NCBI GenBank assembly: GCA_050230475.1
Contig: JBFLGF010000149.1
Coordinates: 45,518-65,517 of the forward strand
From: Ancylonema sp.
Lineage: Eukaryota
DNA: 20,000 nucleotides
Direction of reading: 5' to 3'
Position 1 is the stretch's first letter. Every line of letters begins with the position of its first letter. A model generated the notes under the pieces. The model did no database searches. It was given only the letters and a program-made list of their open reading frames with translations, and had not been told where the DNA came from. Both the position numbers and the translations under genes were made by a program. Below are positions 1-10,055 of this stretch, piece by piece.

Positions 1-91
1 ACAACAACAACAACATTAAGAACAACAACAACGACATTTATAATAAAAAGGATTATATGATTAATAATAATAACAATAATAATGATACTAA
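1..91. repeat. (AAC/AAT)n low-complexity tract, resuming at ~275-330
   Basis: Degenerate acaacaacaac/aataataat runs on both sides of the MITE. Confidence 0.8.
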
Positions 92-93
92 TA

Positions 94-266
94 CAGTAAA
101 ACCTATTTTAAGGAATTCTGCCGGGACCGGGAAATAATATTTATTTAGACAGGTTATTCACTTAGACAAGGACGGTTCCTAACAAATCCGGTTTTGGGAC
201 CGGAATTTTTGGTTCCTTCAGAGAGGTTATTCCTTTAGACAGTATTCCTTTAGACAGGTTATACTA
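94..266. mobile_element. pogo/Tc1-mariner-like MITE
   Basis: Preceded by TA. The left end CAGTAAAACCTATTTTAAGGAAT is an imperfect inverted repeat of the right end ATTCCTTTAGACAGGTTATACTA. Internal subterminal repeats of TTAGACAG(GTTATTC). The right boundary could extend to ~271. Confidence 0.65.
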
Positions 267-831
267 CAGTGTATTGGTTATTATAACAACATCTACAACA
301 ATAATATCAATAATAGTCATAATATGAAAAGAAATGCATGAAAATAGTGTTTGATAAATTTCACAATACCACCATGCATACCCTAGGAGTACTTATGCAA
401 ATACAAAAACAATTTTTTTCTTGGAACAAGAACACAAGACTGTACAACGTGCAACATGATCCTGATCGTGATCCGCTTCTTGTATTCAAACCACTCTATA
501 ACCGTTGTTCCTCTCCTCTTGTGTAACACTCATATTTTGTGTTTCGTTTTTTTCTCTCCATTCCTACTCCAACCCTCACCAAATCAATCCCCAACATCGT
601 CAACGGGCTCCACCCTAGAAACATCTGTGAGGAATGATGCTACCACTCCATGTACGAATCCTCATTTCGTGTTTGTCCACCTGGAAGGGATGCCAACTTT
701 GGTGATGGGCCACCATGGCCTCACTTCCTCCCATGACCTCCATGGAAATTTTGATTGAAAAGGTCGACCATAATCTTAACAGTAGAACCAGGATGCAAGT
801 CCGAGCACACCAAACTATGTTGTCCAAACAA

Positions 832-867
832 CATACTTCATACTTCATACTTCATACTTCATGCTTC
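832..867. repeat. 7-bp tandem repeat (CATACTT)x~5
   Basis: catacttcatacttcatacttcatacttcatgcttc is visible directly. Confidence 0.85.
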
Positions 868-1208
868 CTTCACTCTGGTCCACACTCACTACCTTCGCTA
901 CCTGCATCATGCATCATGCATGAGGTAGTCTGTACCCCATATCCAATTTTGAGAGCATACCTTGTCGGCCAGACAGTTTCCCCACGGACTACTCACCAGG
1001 GGGGTGGGGTGGGGAAAGGACGTAATTACCAACATTCGCCTCTGGGGTATCCTATCACAACTCAGCATCACATTTGTGCAACTCTCCCCTACAAACAACT
1101 CGTAACACTCAATGATGTGAAGGAGAGGGGAAGGGGTGGAGTAGTAGCAGTAGTATGAGGGGGTGGGAGAAAGTGGTGTGAAAACTGGAACGAACATCTT
1201 CCCTTCAC

Positions 1209-1325
1209 CTGTGGTGTGATGGAGGCAGTGACCACCAGGATGCCACCCAACTCAAATAGGTTACGCATGGCGCCAGAGAAGGCTTGGGCAAGATCAAGGT
1301 CGAGGGAGCTCTGGTCCGAGGACAG
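1209..1325 (-). CDS. ABCC: ABCC exon: TMD2 (LSSDQSSLDLDL...ITPQ)
   Basis: CAG acceptor ending at 1326, donor GTGAAG at 1208, 39 codons. Confidence 0.82.
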
Positions 1326-2596
1326 CTGGACAAAAGAGGAGAAGAAGAGGAACGGAAAAAGAAACACATGAGGTACTGAGTGTGCATCATCCCCCCCTAT
1401 TCCCCTCCCGTGCCCCACCCGCGAAAGTATTCTTCCGGTGGGTGTGGTGTCAAAGAAGTTCATGGGCGCCCGGAACAGGCTGCGGATCATGGACGTGAAG
1501 AAGGCTTGCGCCGTGAACAGTCCGCCGTAGTTCACGGCCACAGTGCGAATGAAGACGAACAGCACGCCACTCAAGGTCAGCCACGCGTACACGCGGATGA
1601 AGGTGGCAGGAGTGACGTGGTTGGCAGGGGTGGTGCCGTAGGAGAGCCAGTAGTTGGCAGCCAACTGAGAGACCTGGGACGAGAAGAAAGCAACAATGGT
1701 AACAATTGTCATACCAATGGCAAGGCATACCGTGTTGAAGAGGATGAGCAGCGCAATGAGCGTCTGAAGGGGGAGGTACCACGTGTCGTGCATCCACCAC
1801 AAGAAGTCCACCACGCGCTGGAGGCGAGGCAGAAGGGACAAGTCAGCGTTTTCGTTGGGGAAGAGCGGGGGAGGGTTAGTTGAGAGAGGCGTACCTCAAC
1901 GTCTACAGCCAGATAGTTGACGATCTCTCCAGCTCCATGGACGCCTTTGGCTGCATTGGACAGTCTGAGGCCCTTCCTGTACACCGACGCGATGAGCTGC
2001 GACCGCAGGTGCGCGGCCATGCGCTCCACACCAAAGTACCACTGCCGCTCGCAGCACGCCTGCAGAAGTTTGGCGACGAGGAGCAGTCCGACCAGACCGA
2101 GTCCCTCCACCGCACCACGGTCTGGCTTGCCGATGTATCTCACCAACACGTCGAGCATGATGGGGCCCGTATACAGACATGACACAGTGACAACGGCAAG
2201 CAAGCCCAACGCTACAATAGATTTCCAATGGGTTTCCCATATGGCCAGAGTGAGACTCTGCTTGGCAGGGGTGCGTTCGTTCTGCCGTGTCCACTTTTCT
2301 TCAAAACGTGAGTACTGGAATTCCCCTTGATCTACAGGCCCCAGCTCTGGACAATCGAGTATCGTAAGAGACTTCTTCGAGCCTCGTGCGAGAAGACTGG
2401 TCAGCCACCAGAAGCTGAGGCGGCTAAGGAAGGATTTCTGTTCGAGATCGATGCACTCATGAGGAGCTGTTTTGTCCAGCAAAGGCTCATTATTTGAGTA
2501 CATAGTGGAGACGTAGGAACCACCTGGAACCGGCCTTGAGCGTGGTCTAATTACAGATGCCATGTCTTGGCCACCTCCACACGGCCTATGACCCAT
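1209..2596 (-). CDS. ABCC: ABC transporter C family (MRP-like), spliced, internally deleted and apparently 3'-incomplete; possible pseudogene
   Basis: Exons 2596-1895, 1817-1731, 1673-1419 and 1325-1209 are joined by phase-0 GT..AG introns of 77, 57 and 93 bp. Motifs: L0/lasso FLSRLSFWWLTSLLARG; TMD1 LRSQLIASVYRKGLRLS..GEIVNYLAVDVERVVDF; TMD2 QLAANYW..LFRAPMNFFDTTPTGRILSR/LSSDQ. A further donor GTGAAG lies at 1208, but no next exon is recognisable. CAG acceptors upstream at 2597 and 2669 mean the 5' end may extend further. Confidence 0.88.
1419..1673 (-). CDS. ABCC: ABCC exon: TMD2 (VSQLAANYW...FFDTTPTGRILSR)
   Basis: Pyrimidine tract plus CAG ending at 1674, donor GTGGGG at 1418, and the canonical ABCC TMD2 motif FFDTTPTGRILSR. 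Confidence 0.88.
1731..1817 (-). CDS. ABCC: ABCC exon: TMD1 (RVVDFLWWMHDTWYLPLQTLIALLILFNT)
   Basis: CAG acceptor ending at 1818, GTATGC donor at 1730, 29 codons. Confidence 0.85.
1895..2596 (-). CDS. ABCC: ABCC exon: L0 linker and first helices of TMD1
   Basis: Open frame ending ...NYLAVDVE, followed by donor GTACGC at 1894. Confidence 0.88.
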
Positions 2597-3149
2597 CTGG
2601 AGAAGGAATCCATAGTCCCACTTGCCATTCCAACTGCCGAGAAGGAATAGCGTGAACGTGACGCGAGCCTGGAGGAGAATAAAAACTGTGACTATTCGCA
2701 GGTGCCCCTGTACAGATTCGTTCCTTCGAACTTCCGCAGGGTGACACCTGCGGAAGTTGCAGTTTGCCTTCTCACCTGCGAGGCGAAGGCGAATTCCCCT
2801 GTCGTGCGAAAGTGAAACGCGTCAGCGCTTCTCGTATCGGGCTTCTCCTGCAGTCGACCTTCTCACTATTCCACAGTTCCTCTGGGTTCCCTGCATTTTC
2901 CATTCCGGTGGCCTTTGTATCAACGGACATCCGCAGACACTATGAACCAGTTAATAAGAGAGCTTCTCGTGTTGGGCATGTCGTCACAGTCTTTAAACTC
3001 GACGTAACTGTTAATTGATCTAATGCATGATGAAGGACGGCCTTTCACGCCAGGCGATTGTCAAGATTCATCACGGTTGGAGATGGCTGCATGGCATCTA
3101 ACATCTGCATTGTGCTGGTTTGATGCATATTTCACAGAAACAAACACGA

Positions 3150-3275
3150 GGGGCGAGCTGGTGTAGTGGGGCGAGAAGTGGTCTTTGATGTGATGAAATC
3201 ACCTGGATTCAAATCCAGGTGATTTCAATAATCTTAAGTCAACCCAGGTTGCACCCGGATCATTCAACAACTAAA
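3150..3275 (+). mobile_element. possible tRNA-derived SINE head
   Basis: A-box-like TGGTGTAGTGG (3159-3169) and B-box-like GGATTCAAATCC (3205-3216) at tRNA-like spacing, with no acceptor stem. The 3' boundary is uncertain. Confidence 0.4.
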
Positions 3276-3725
3276 CCGTCCGACCCTCGCGTGTGCATGG
3301 ATGTAGTATGGAAAGATCCTCCTTGTGAGTAGGTTTTCCCTTCAGATGTTCGAAGCAAGACTGGGATCCTCTAGAAAATAGAGAAGAGGATCTGGGATGA
3401 TTGCCATCTGCATTCGTGATGATGGACGAACACGGAAGGGGAGGGGGGACGATCATCAATCAATCATTCATTGAGATATTATTACTCTCTGTCGGTCATG
3501 GAAGTCCTCGAACAAGGATAATAAATTTGACGGATCAGAACTGTTCTATTCTAGGGCTATCATCCTCACCAAATCAGATGTGGTTGTTGCGCTTGTGTGG
3601 AATGTTGACAGTTCATCCGTCTCGCTGTTGTGGAAATACACCAAAAGATGGTCCATCATTGCGTGCACCACGTGACTCTCTGTTTTTTTTGCAACACATT
3701 TTAAGAAGAACGGCTTGAATTCCTA

Positions 3726-4709
3726 TGCTGCTATAGTACACCTGATCCCTTTTCTTTGTTTCAGGACTTCCCAAAAAGTGGGCCAACTTTTATTATGTTC
3801 CTGTTACGCAGAAAGTGGGCCCAAATTACAACTCCGTCGGCCTCAACTATAAAGGGTTTGGGAGAGGAAGCAATGGTGGCGCCTCCTCACCACCTCATCC
3901 TCTCACATCAGCATCCTCCATCTCCTCTCTCCGTCTTCAACCTGAGTGGTTTGTGGAATCTGGGAATTGTGGAGTCCATGTTTAAATGTGTGCTGCCACC
4001 TACTTTCAGGAAGCATAGCATTCTCCTCGTCCTCCTTTCTAGTGTGCTTGTGCTCCTCTTTTGCCACATCCTCATCCACCACGGCAGGTGCTCCCAGCTC
4101 GGTGAAATGTCATGTGGGATACTTCCAACATTCCAAGATCTTTTCCATGCATTGTCAATTAATGTCACCAAGTGTTTAGTGGTCAATTAAAATGCGAACC
4201 CAAGCTAATTTTTCTTCAACAATGCTCTATGTCTTTTACTTGCCAACTTTATATTGATGAGTAAATGATTAAACCATGTGACTACGTAACCATGTACACC
4301 AGCTACCAAATTCTCGCCCACCAAGGCAAGAAGACTATCTTGTATGAGAACTTGTCCAGATTTAAGAGTCCTTGGCCACTTGTGGTTGCCACGTGGCACT
4401 ACTCTTGTGGTGTGAGGTGGCAACCGTGGTGGGTTACCCCAAGCCTTGTTTGGCATATTGCTATGCTATTGGGTGTGGAGTCTTCCAGGTACACAGACTA
4501 GTATCCTTCTCCTAGGCCTACTCCCACTATCAACCTCTCAATACTCCGATTGTCTTGGGTTTTGCAGGGGCTGATTCATTACTTGTCTATCGTTTTAGAG
4601 GTGTGACTGATTATTGTTGGGAATCTGTTTAAAGAACACAAGGTCCTATGCTAGTGCCTAAGCCCGATCTCACAATAGAACTCCTGGTTGACGACCCGCC
4701 CCGCCAGCA
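3726..4709 (+). mobile_element. possible solo LTR
   Basis: TGCTG...CAGCA termini and a CTATAAAGGG TATA-like box near 3848, non-coding. No matching TSD, so the call is weak. Confidence 0.25.
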
Positions 4710-4924
4710 TGACGATGATACAAAAGAGTGAAGTGTGAAGGTAATATTTTCAAGCCTTCTTCACCATGGCCTTCCAAATTCTTCTTTGGCCTTCAAAATT
4801 GTTACCGGCTTGTTTAGCAAAAACACGTAGTAGAGGCAGAGGATAGAAATGAATGTTTATAGCCAATTATTGTTTCCAACACCCATAAAGATACAACACC
4901 CGTTGCGAATATAGAGATTGCCAT

Positions 4925-5161
4925 ACCGCCAATCTCCCGCTCCGGATCGGAGTAAGATATGACTCGATTCAGATTGGCGCCAGATAGGCGACCACAATGG
5001 TTTGGGCCCAACTAGGGGGGGGGGTGTCGGGGGTTGTCGGGTTTACGCCACATCCAGATGGTCCATATGAAGCTTTTCTTTTTTTCGTCGCTTCTCACAT
5101 GATGAGCTGCGAACCGGATCCAAATCGGCGCCGGATCGGAAGATCCGCAATTGGAATGGGT
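4925..5161. mobile_element. degenerate non-autonomous DNA transposon piece with CCGGATCGG/ATCGGCGCC motifs
   Basis: Motif clusters at 4940-4985 and 5110-5145 are shared with 14253-14340 and 15070-15135. The right end TTGGAATGGGT is followed by TTA. Confidence 0.35.
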
Positions 5162-5343
5162 TTAAGTATGATCTCTACACCCCCCCCATGCATGCAAATC
5201 AATAGCAAATGATAGAAGACTTCATTATGAAGTATTCAGTGCAAGAAGCACCATTTTCATATGATACGATCAAGAGTGCCAAGTTGAAAGCAAAGATGTT
5301 TCCTTTATTAATGTTCCGGTAAGTTCTTTTGCTTTAGATCATC

Positions 5344-5779
5344 TGTGAGTGCTTTCTTCTGCCATCGATGCAAGAAAAAAGCACAATTCTCTCAGACAAC
5401 TCTTGAATCGACAGATCACGTCATTACAAACGTTCACACAACAAAAGTGCAACTTTGAAGTAGAAAAGTCTGATTACAGAATTCAGCATACAAGCTCAGA
5501 CCTAGTACAGTCGATTGTTACCTGGTCAAAGAATCTACTGGTATTGAAACTACTTCGTCAACTGCCAATCATATCCAAGCATTCTGCCACATCAACTAGT
5601 TCTTATCGACACTTGTGCCAGATGGCCAAGCTAATCATTGAAACAAGGACATCGGCCTGCAGCCGGCCTGCAGCCTGCCTGCAGCCTGCATTTTCTAAAT
5701 AACGACAAAACTAAAGCTAAATTCCCGGTATTGCTAAAATCGATATAACGACAAAAGTTCACAGCCCCTAAAAACTACA
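5344..5779 (-). repeat. 3' LTR of Copia element (436 bp)
   Basis: TGTGAG...CTACA on the plus strand, a direct repeat of 8997-9465. Confidence 0.95.
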
Positions 5780-5789
5780 CCCCCTCCCC
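5780..5789 (-). other. polypurine tract (GGGGAGGGGG)
   Basis: Directly abuts the 3' LTR. Confidence 0.9.
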
Positions 5790-5887
5790 GGGTACTTTTG
5801 TATTCCTCCAAAAACGATAACCAAAACGATAATCGATTTTACGAACACAAATTGACAAAAACTCACTAATACACCAACCCCACCAGA

Positions 5888-6374
5888 TCACAATTCTTCT
5901 TCAACACCTTGACAGACACTGGTTTTTGTCAACATATCAGCAGCCTGGTCTTCATTCTTGACAATCTGTAGACTGATCTTTTTCTTGGACACCCTCTCTC
6001 GAATGGAATGATATTTGATGTCCATGTGTTTGGAGCGCTTGTGAAAAACAGGATTCTCAGCAAGATTCAAAGAACTCTCATTGTCTCCCAACAATAGCAC
6101 ACCCCCCCCACCCAATTACCCAACTCCTTTTTGCATCTGGCCTCAAATAAATGGCCTCATTTTCCCAGTAGCACTCAATGCCAAAATACTCACTTTTCAC
6201 AGCTTGAGTGTGTGACTGTTTCCAGGAGACCACTCAGCTCACAACGGCTTTTCCACTAAGAAAGACATAGCCAGTTCTCCCCTTCCTAGCTAGTGTCGAC
6301 GTCGTCACCATGACTAGCATCTGAGTAGCCGATGACTGGCAAATCAACCTTCCTTTCTTATACATCCCCCTGAA
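5888..6374 (-). pseudogene. Copia RNase H remnant, frameshifted
   Basis: Motifs GYSDASHGDDVDT, GRTGYVF, GDNESSLNLAENPVFHKRSKHMDIKYH and QAADMLTK, spread over several frames. Confidence 0.92.
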
Positions 6375-8598
6375 CTCTTTCAAGATCGATGAAAAGATGC
6401 CAGTCAGAGAAATCAAGAATACTTTTCAGTTGATCATCAGAGAGTGTGTATATCAAAAATTTACAGTCAGCGCAGAAGATCAGGTGATGGCATTGTTTGC
6501 TGGCATGTCAAGAACAAAATACGGCATGTTGAAGAATCTTTACTTTTACTATGGACAGAAAGAGGCACCTGGGATCAGCTGGATCTGGGGGCAGATGGGA
6601 ATGGATGAGCTGGACGACAAGAAAGAAAAATATGTAAAAGATGTTGAGGCACTAGTTGTAGAGGTAAACTATGCTAAGTGGAGCCAAGGCAAAGGTGGTG
6701 GTATCGACAATCGTGGAGGCAGGGGTACATTCAGGGGGTATTCAGCAAATAATCGTGGAATCAGAGGTGGTCGTGGAGGCAGAGGTGGAGGTGGAGGCAG
6801 TGGATCAAGTGGAGGACATTCCTGCTATACTTGTGGAGAGACAGGTCACAGCAGAGACTGCTCCAAGAAAAACGAAGAATGCAAATATTGTGGAGCCATT
6901 GGTCACGTGGAATTAACATGTTTCGACGACAAGAAAAAAAACGAAGCTCCACGAATGCAGAGAAAGGGGGTACGCAGTGGGAGAAAAACAACTTTCGTTG
7001 GCGAAATCGACGATGAGGGGAAGAGCTGTGGTCATGCAGAAGCTATCATCGCTGAAATCTTCTATGGAGGAAATGTTGCAGATAATGATGATGATGCGGA
7101 GAAAAATTTCCTTTTCGACGATGGTTCCAGTCACCATTCCTGTGGACACAAAAATCTTTTCAAAATCCTCGAAGACATTCCACACGAGGTCATCATGCAT
7201 CATCTGGTCGGAAGTGTGCGAGTGAAGCAGTGGGGAACAATTGAGTTGAATACTGAGGGAGAGTGTGGAGGAGTAACACTCAAGAAATGTTTGTACATTC
7301 CTGGGATGCGCATTAATTTGTTCAGCGGTCAGAAAGCCGAAGAAGCAGGGTGGTCTTACACTTGCAGTGGAAAAGCTGGTGGCTGGTGGCATCATTCCAG
7401 TTTACAACAAATCTGGACAACAAGTCTGCACTCTGCAAGAAACATCGACAGGTCGAAAAACTATAATCTGCACACTGGTTCGGCTTCAGCAACTTAGTGA
7501 AGGGGAAGCTCTTGTAGCTGCTGTCGAAATCAACCTCCTGCACACAAGACTTGGGCATGCAAATGAGAGAGTGCTCAAAAAATGTGGCACGACAACATAT
7601 TGTACGAGGACTAAAAAGAGGCATCTCAAGAGTTCTGCGAAACTGTGAAGGGTGCAAGCTGGGGAAGGCACACGACAAACCTCATCCTCGACGAGAAGTT
7701 GGTGAAGGAGAACAAGGCTGCCTGGGAAGTGTGTCGGTGGACTTGGCAGGGCCGTTCAATCCAGCATCAATACGGGAAGGAGTGTACAACATGGTGCTCG
7801 TCGATGAATACAGCCGAAAATCCTGGGTGGAAATACTTCGCAGCAAAGATGATGCAGCTCCTCAACTGAAACAAGATCGGACTGGGAAAATGAGTGCGCT
7901 GGCTTGGCTTGGTGTGTTAGTTGGATGGAATCCCGACACTCCTTGCTACCGAGTCTGGGATCCTGCAACGAACAAAATACACAACGTTGGCACTGGTCAT
8001 GCAGACTTCGATGAATGTGCCAAGCAAAGCTGGTGGAGGGGTCAGAAAATTGGCAAGAAGGCAAGAGTGCATGAGCTAGTTACAGAAACAAAAATGTCAT
8101 GGCCAGATCTGGATGCAGCTGATCAAGGAGCAGGAGGGGGTAGTGTTGGCCTCGGAGGGGGCATTTCTGGAGGTGGACAACGTGCCTATGGCGATCCAAA
8201 TTCTGTCGATGAAGAGAAAGAGAGGCGATCCAAATTCTGTCGATGAAGAGATCCCTGATGCTGTGGGAGATCCATTGCCACAGCTTCCGAGATCCCCTCT
8301 TCCTCAGAGTGCAGATCTTCCAGAACTTGTGAGCAATTCTTGTGGAGGCGATGAAGACGAAGATCATCTGGAAGCTGGTCCAGAATGGTATCCTGATGAT
8401 GCTACTCCTCTTGAGCTGGGTGTAATTTTTTTTGCAAGCTGTGAATCTGCTTCTGAATCTGCTGGAATAGAGGGTGTGGGCTACAAGTCTGCAATGGGCA
8501 ATTTGCTGCATCTCACTTCTGGAACAAGACCTGATCTGGCAGCTGCTGTTAACTCCTTGTGTCGATACAGTCAGCAAGCATTGGGAGGGGGTAAAGAG
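6375..8598 (+). pseudogene. Copia gag C-terminus, protease, integrase and RT C-terminus remnants (inverted block)
   Basis: RGG tract; knuckles CYTCGETGHSRDC and CKYCGAIGHVELTC; protease-like FLFDDGSSHH; LHTRLGH..CEGC; VSVDLAGP..VLVDEYSRKSWV; GVLVGW..YRVWDP; YKSAMGNLLHLTSGTRPDLAAAV..HWEGVKR. Most of the integrase core and RT is missing. Confidence 0.93.
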
Positions 8599-8975
8599 AG
8601 CTCAAGGAAACTGTCAATCTGTCGAAGTTCTGGAGACACCTTGTCATACTCCTCTGTCAGATAGTCCCACATCGCCTTAGGATCTCGTTCAAGTTGTTCA
8701 AGTGATGTATCGATGTCGTCACTGGCAAGTTGCATGAGTAGCATGGCTGCCTTCTTTGATCTTTTGCGGAAGCTTTTGACATCAAGTGTATACTGCTCCA
8801 TTTTTGCTTCATTTGTTGGCCAGTGTTCATCATCATATTTGGCTGTAACCTCAGTTGGAATAGTCTATGTTCCTTTGCAGATCTCAAGGCACTGCACTCT
8901 GCATCATCAAGAGTAGCTGAGGCCTTAGATCTCCATGCTTGAAAGGTAACTTTATCTCCATCCAGAATGCAATGC
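8593..8975 (-). pseudogene. Copia gag N-terminal remnant
   Basis: LDGDKVTFQAWRSK and DPKAMWDYLTEEY lie immediately downstream of the PBS; frameshifted. Confidence 0.8.
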
Positions 8976-8983
8976 AGTACCGT

Positions 8984-8995
8984 GCTCTGATACCA
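8984..8995 (-). other. primer-binding site for initiator tRNA-Met (TGGTATCAGAGC)
   Basis: Plus-strand gctctgatacca, 1 nt from the 5' LTR. Confidence 0.95.
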
Positions 8996-8996
8996 C

Positions 8997-9465
8997 TGTG
9001 AGTGCTTTCTTCTGCCATCGAATCGATGCAAGAATAAAGCACAACTCTCTCAGACAACTCTTGAATCGACAGATCACGTCATTAAGATCACGTCATTACA
9101 AACGTTGACACAAGAAGTAGAAAAGTCTGATTACAGAATTCAGCATACAAGCTCAGACCTAGTAAGTCGTTTGTTGCCTGGTCAAAGAATCTATTGGTAT
9201 CGAAACTACTTCGTCAACTGCCAATCATATCTAAGCATTCTGCCACATCAACTAGTTCTTCTTATCGTCGACACTTGTGCCAGATGGCCAAGTTATCATT
9301 GAAACAAGGACATCGGCCTGCAGCCGGCCTGCAGCCTGCCTGCAGCCTGCGCGTGCAGCCTGCCTGCAGCCTGCATTTGCTGAATAACGACAAAACTAAA
9401 GCTAAATTCCCGGTATTGCTAAAATCGATATAACGACAAAAGTTCACAGCCCCTAAAAACTAACA
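8997..9465 (-). repeat. 5' LTR of Copia element (469 bp)
   Basis: TGTGAG...CTAACA; matches 5344-5779 apart from indels and a few substitutions. Confidence 0.95.
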
Positions 9466-9671
9466 TCATCCGTGTCTTGAAATTTGTCAAATTATGAGTG
9501 GTGGAGGAGCACTTCGTCCCGCACCTGTCACGCACTTATGCCGGACACCATTGGTCTCGCACCCACCCTGAGTCGCCGATGGCTACCGGTCTGCCTTATT
9601 ATTTTTTAGGCTAACCCAGGCCCTCAAGTAAAAATAAAAAATGAGTGAGTGTGTCCTACTCCTAGTGCTAG

Positions 9672-10041
9672 TGTTAGAACCGGAAAAATTCTAGTTTGAA
9701 TGAAACATTCTCATAGAAAACGACACAATGTTGTCGGTTCTAACTGGGACAGAGAATACATGAGTTGATAGGATACTAAATAAGCACTACTGAAGAGTTT
9801 AAATACTAGTATGAAGCTAGGGTCGGAACTAAACTCTTTATAAAGGAAACTGAATACTAATTCGATATAAGAACAAGTTGGAAGTTAGGGCCCAAGAACT
9901 AGAAGAGGGTCTAACTAATGATAAGGTCTAATAACCAAAATAGGGCCTAATTACTAGGCGATCGGGATAAATAGCTAAGAGCTAGCAAAGGTTAGGGCAC
10001 TCTCTAAGGTAACGCTAGGGACAATAGAGAGAGTCATATCA
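9672..10041 (-). repeat. 3' LTR (370 bp)
   Basis: Direct repeat of 11905-12264. Confidence 0.92.
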
Positions 10042-10044
10042 GGA

Positions 10045-10055
10045 CCCCCCCCCTC
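10045..10055 (-). other. polypurine tract (GAGGGGGGGGG)
   Basis: C-run 3 nt from the 3' LTR on the plus strand. Confidence 0.85.

Larger units (their letters stand above)
5344..9465 (-). mobile_element. Ty1/Copia LTR retrotransposon, internally deleted, with an inverted central segment
   Basis: Two TG...CA LTRs, perfect 5-bp TSD TCATC (5339-5343 and 9466-9470), Met PBS and PPT both on the minus strand, and Copia order gag-PR-IN-RT-RNaseH once the inversion is undone. Confidence 0.96.

Noticed and set aside
1089..1841. Single 250-aa unspliced protein
   Set aside because: It reads through two introns whose lengths (57, 93 bp) are multiples of three.
1380..2330. Plus-strand ORFs of 100-167 aa
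   Set aside because: Antisense shadows of the GC-rich ABCC exons.
3150..3230. Functional tRNA gene
   Set aside because: No acceptor stem or convincing anticodon arm, only A/B-box-like motifs.
5349..5702. Repeated small ORFs here and at 9105-9447
   Set aside because: They lie within the LTRs, and the frames are not preserved between the two copies.
6397..7497. Independent plus-strand element nested in the Copia, or a host RGG/zinc-knuckle gene
   Set aside because: It has no LTRs or TSD of its own. It supplies exactly the missing middle of the surrounding element and rejoins its gag in frame.
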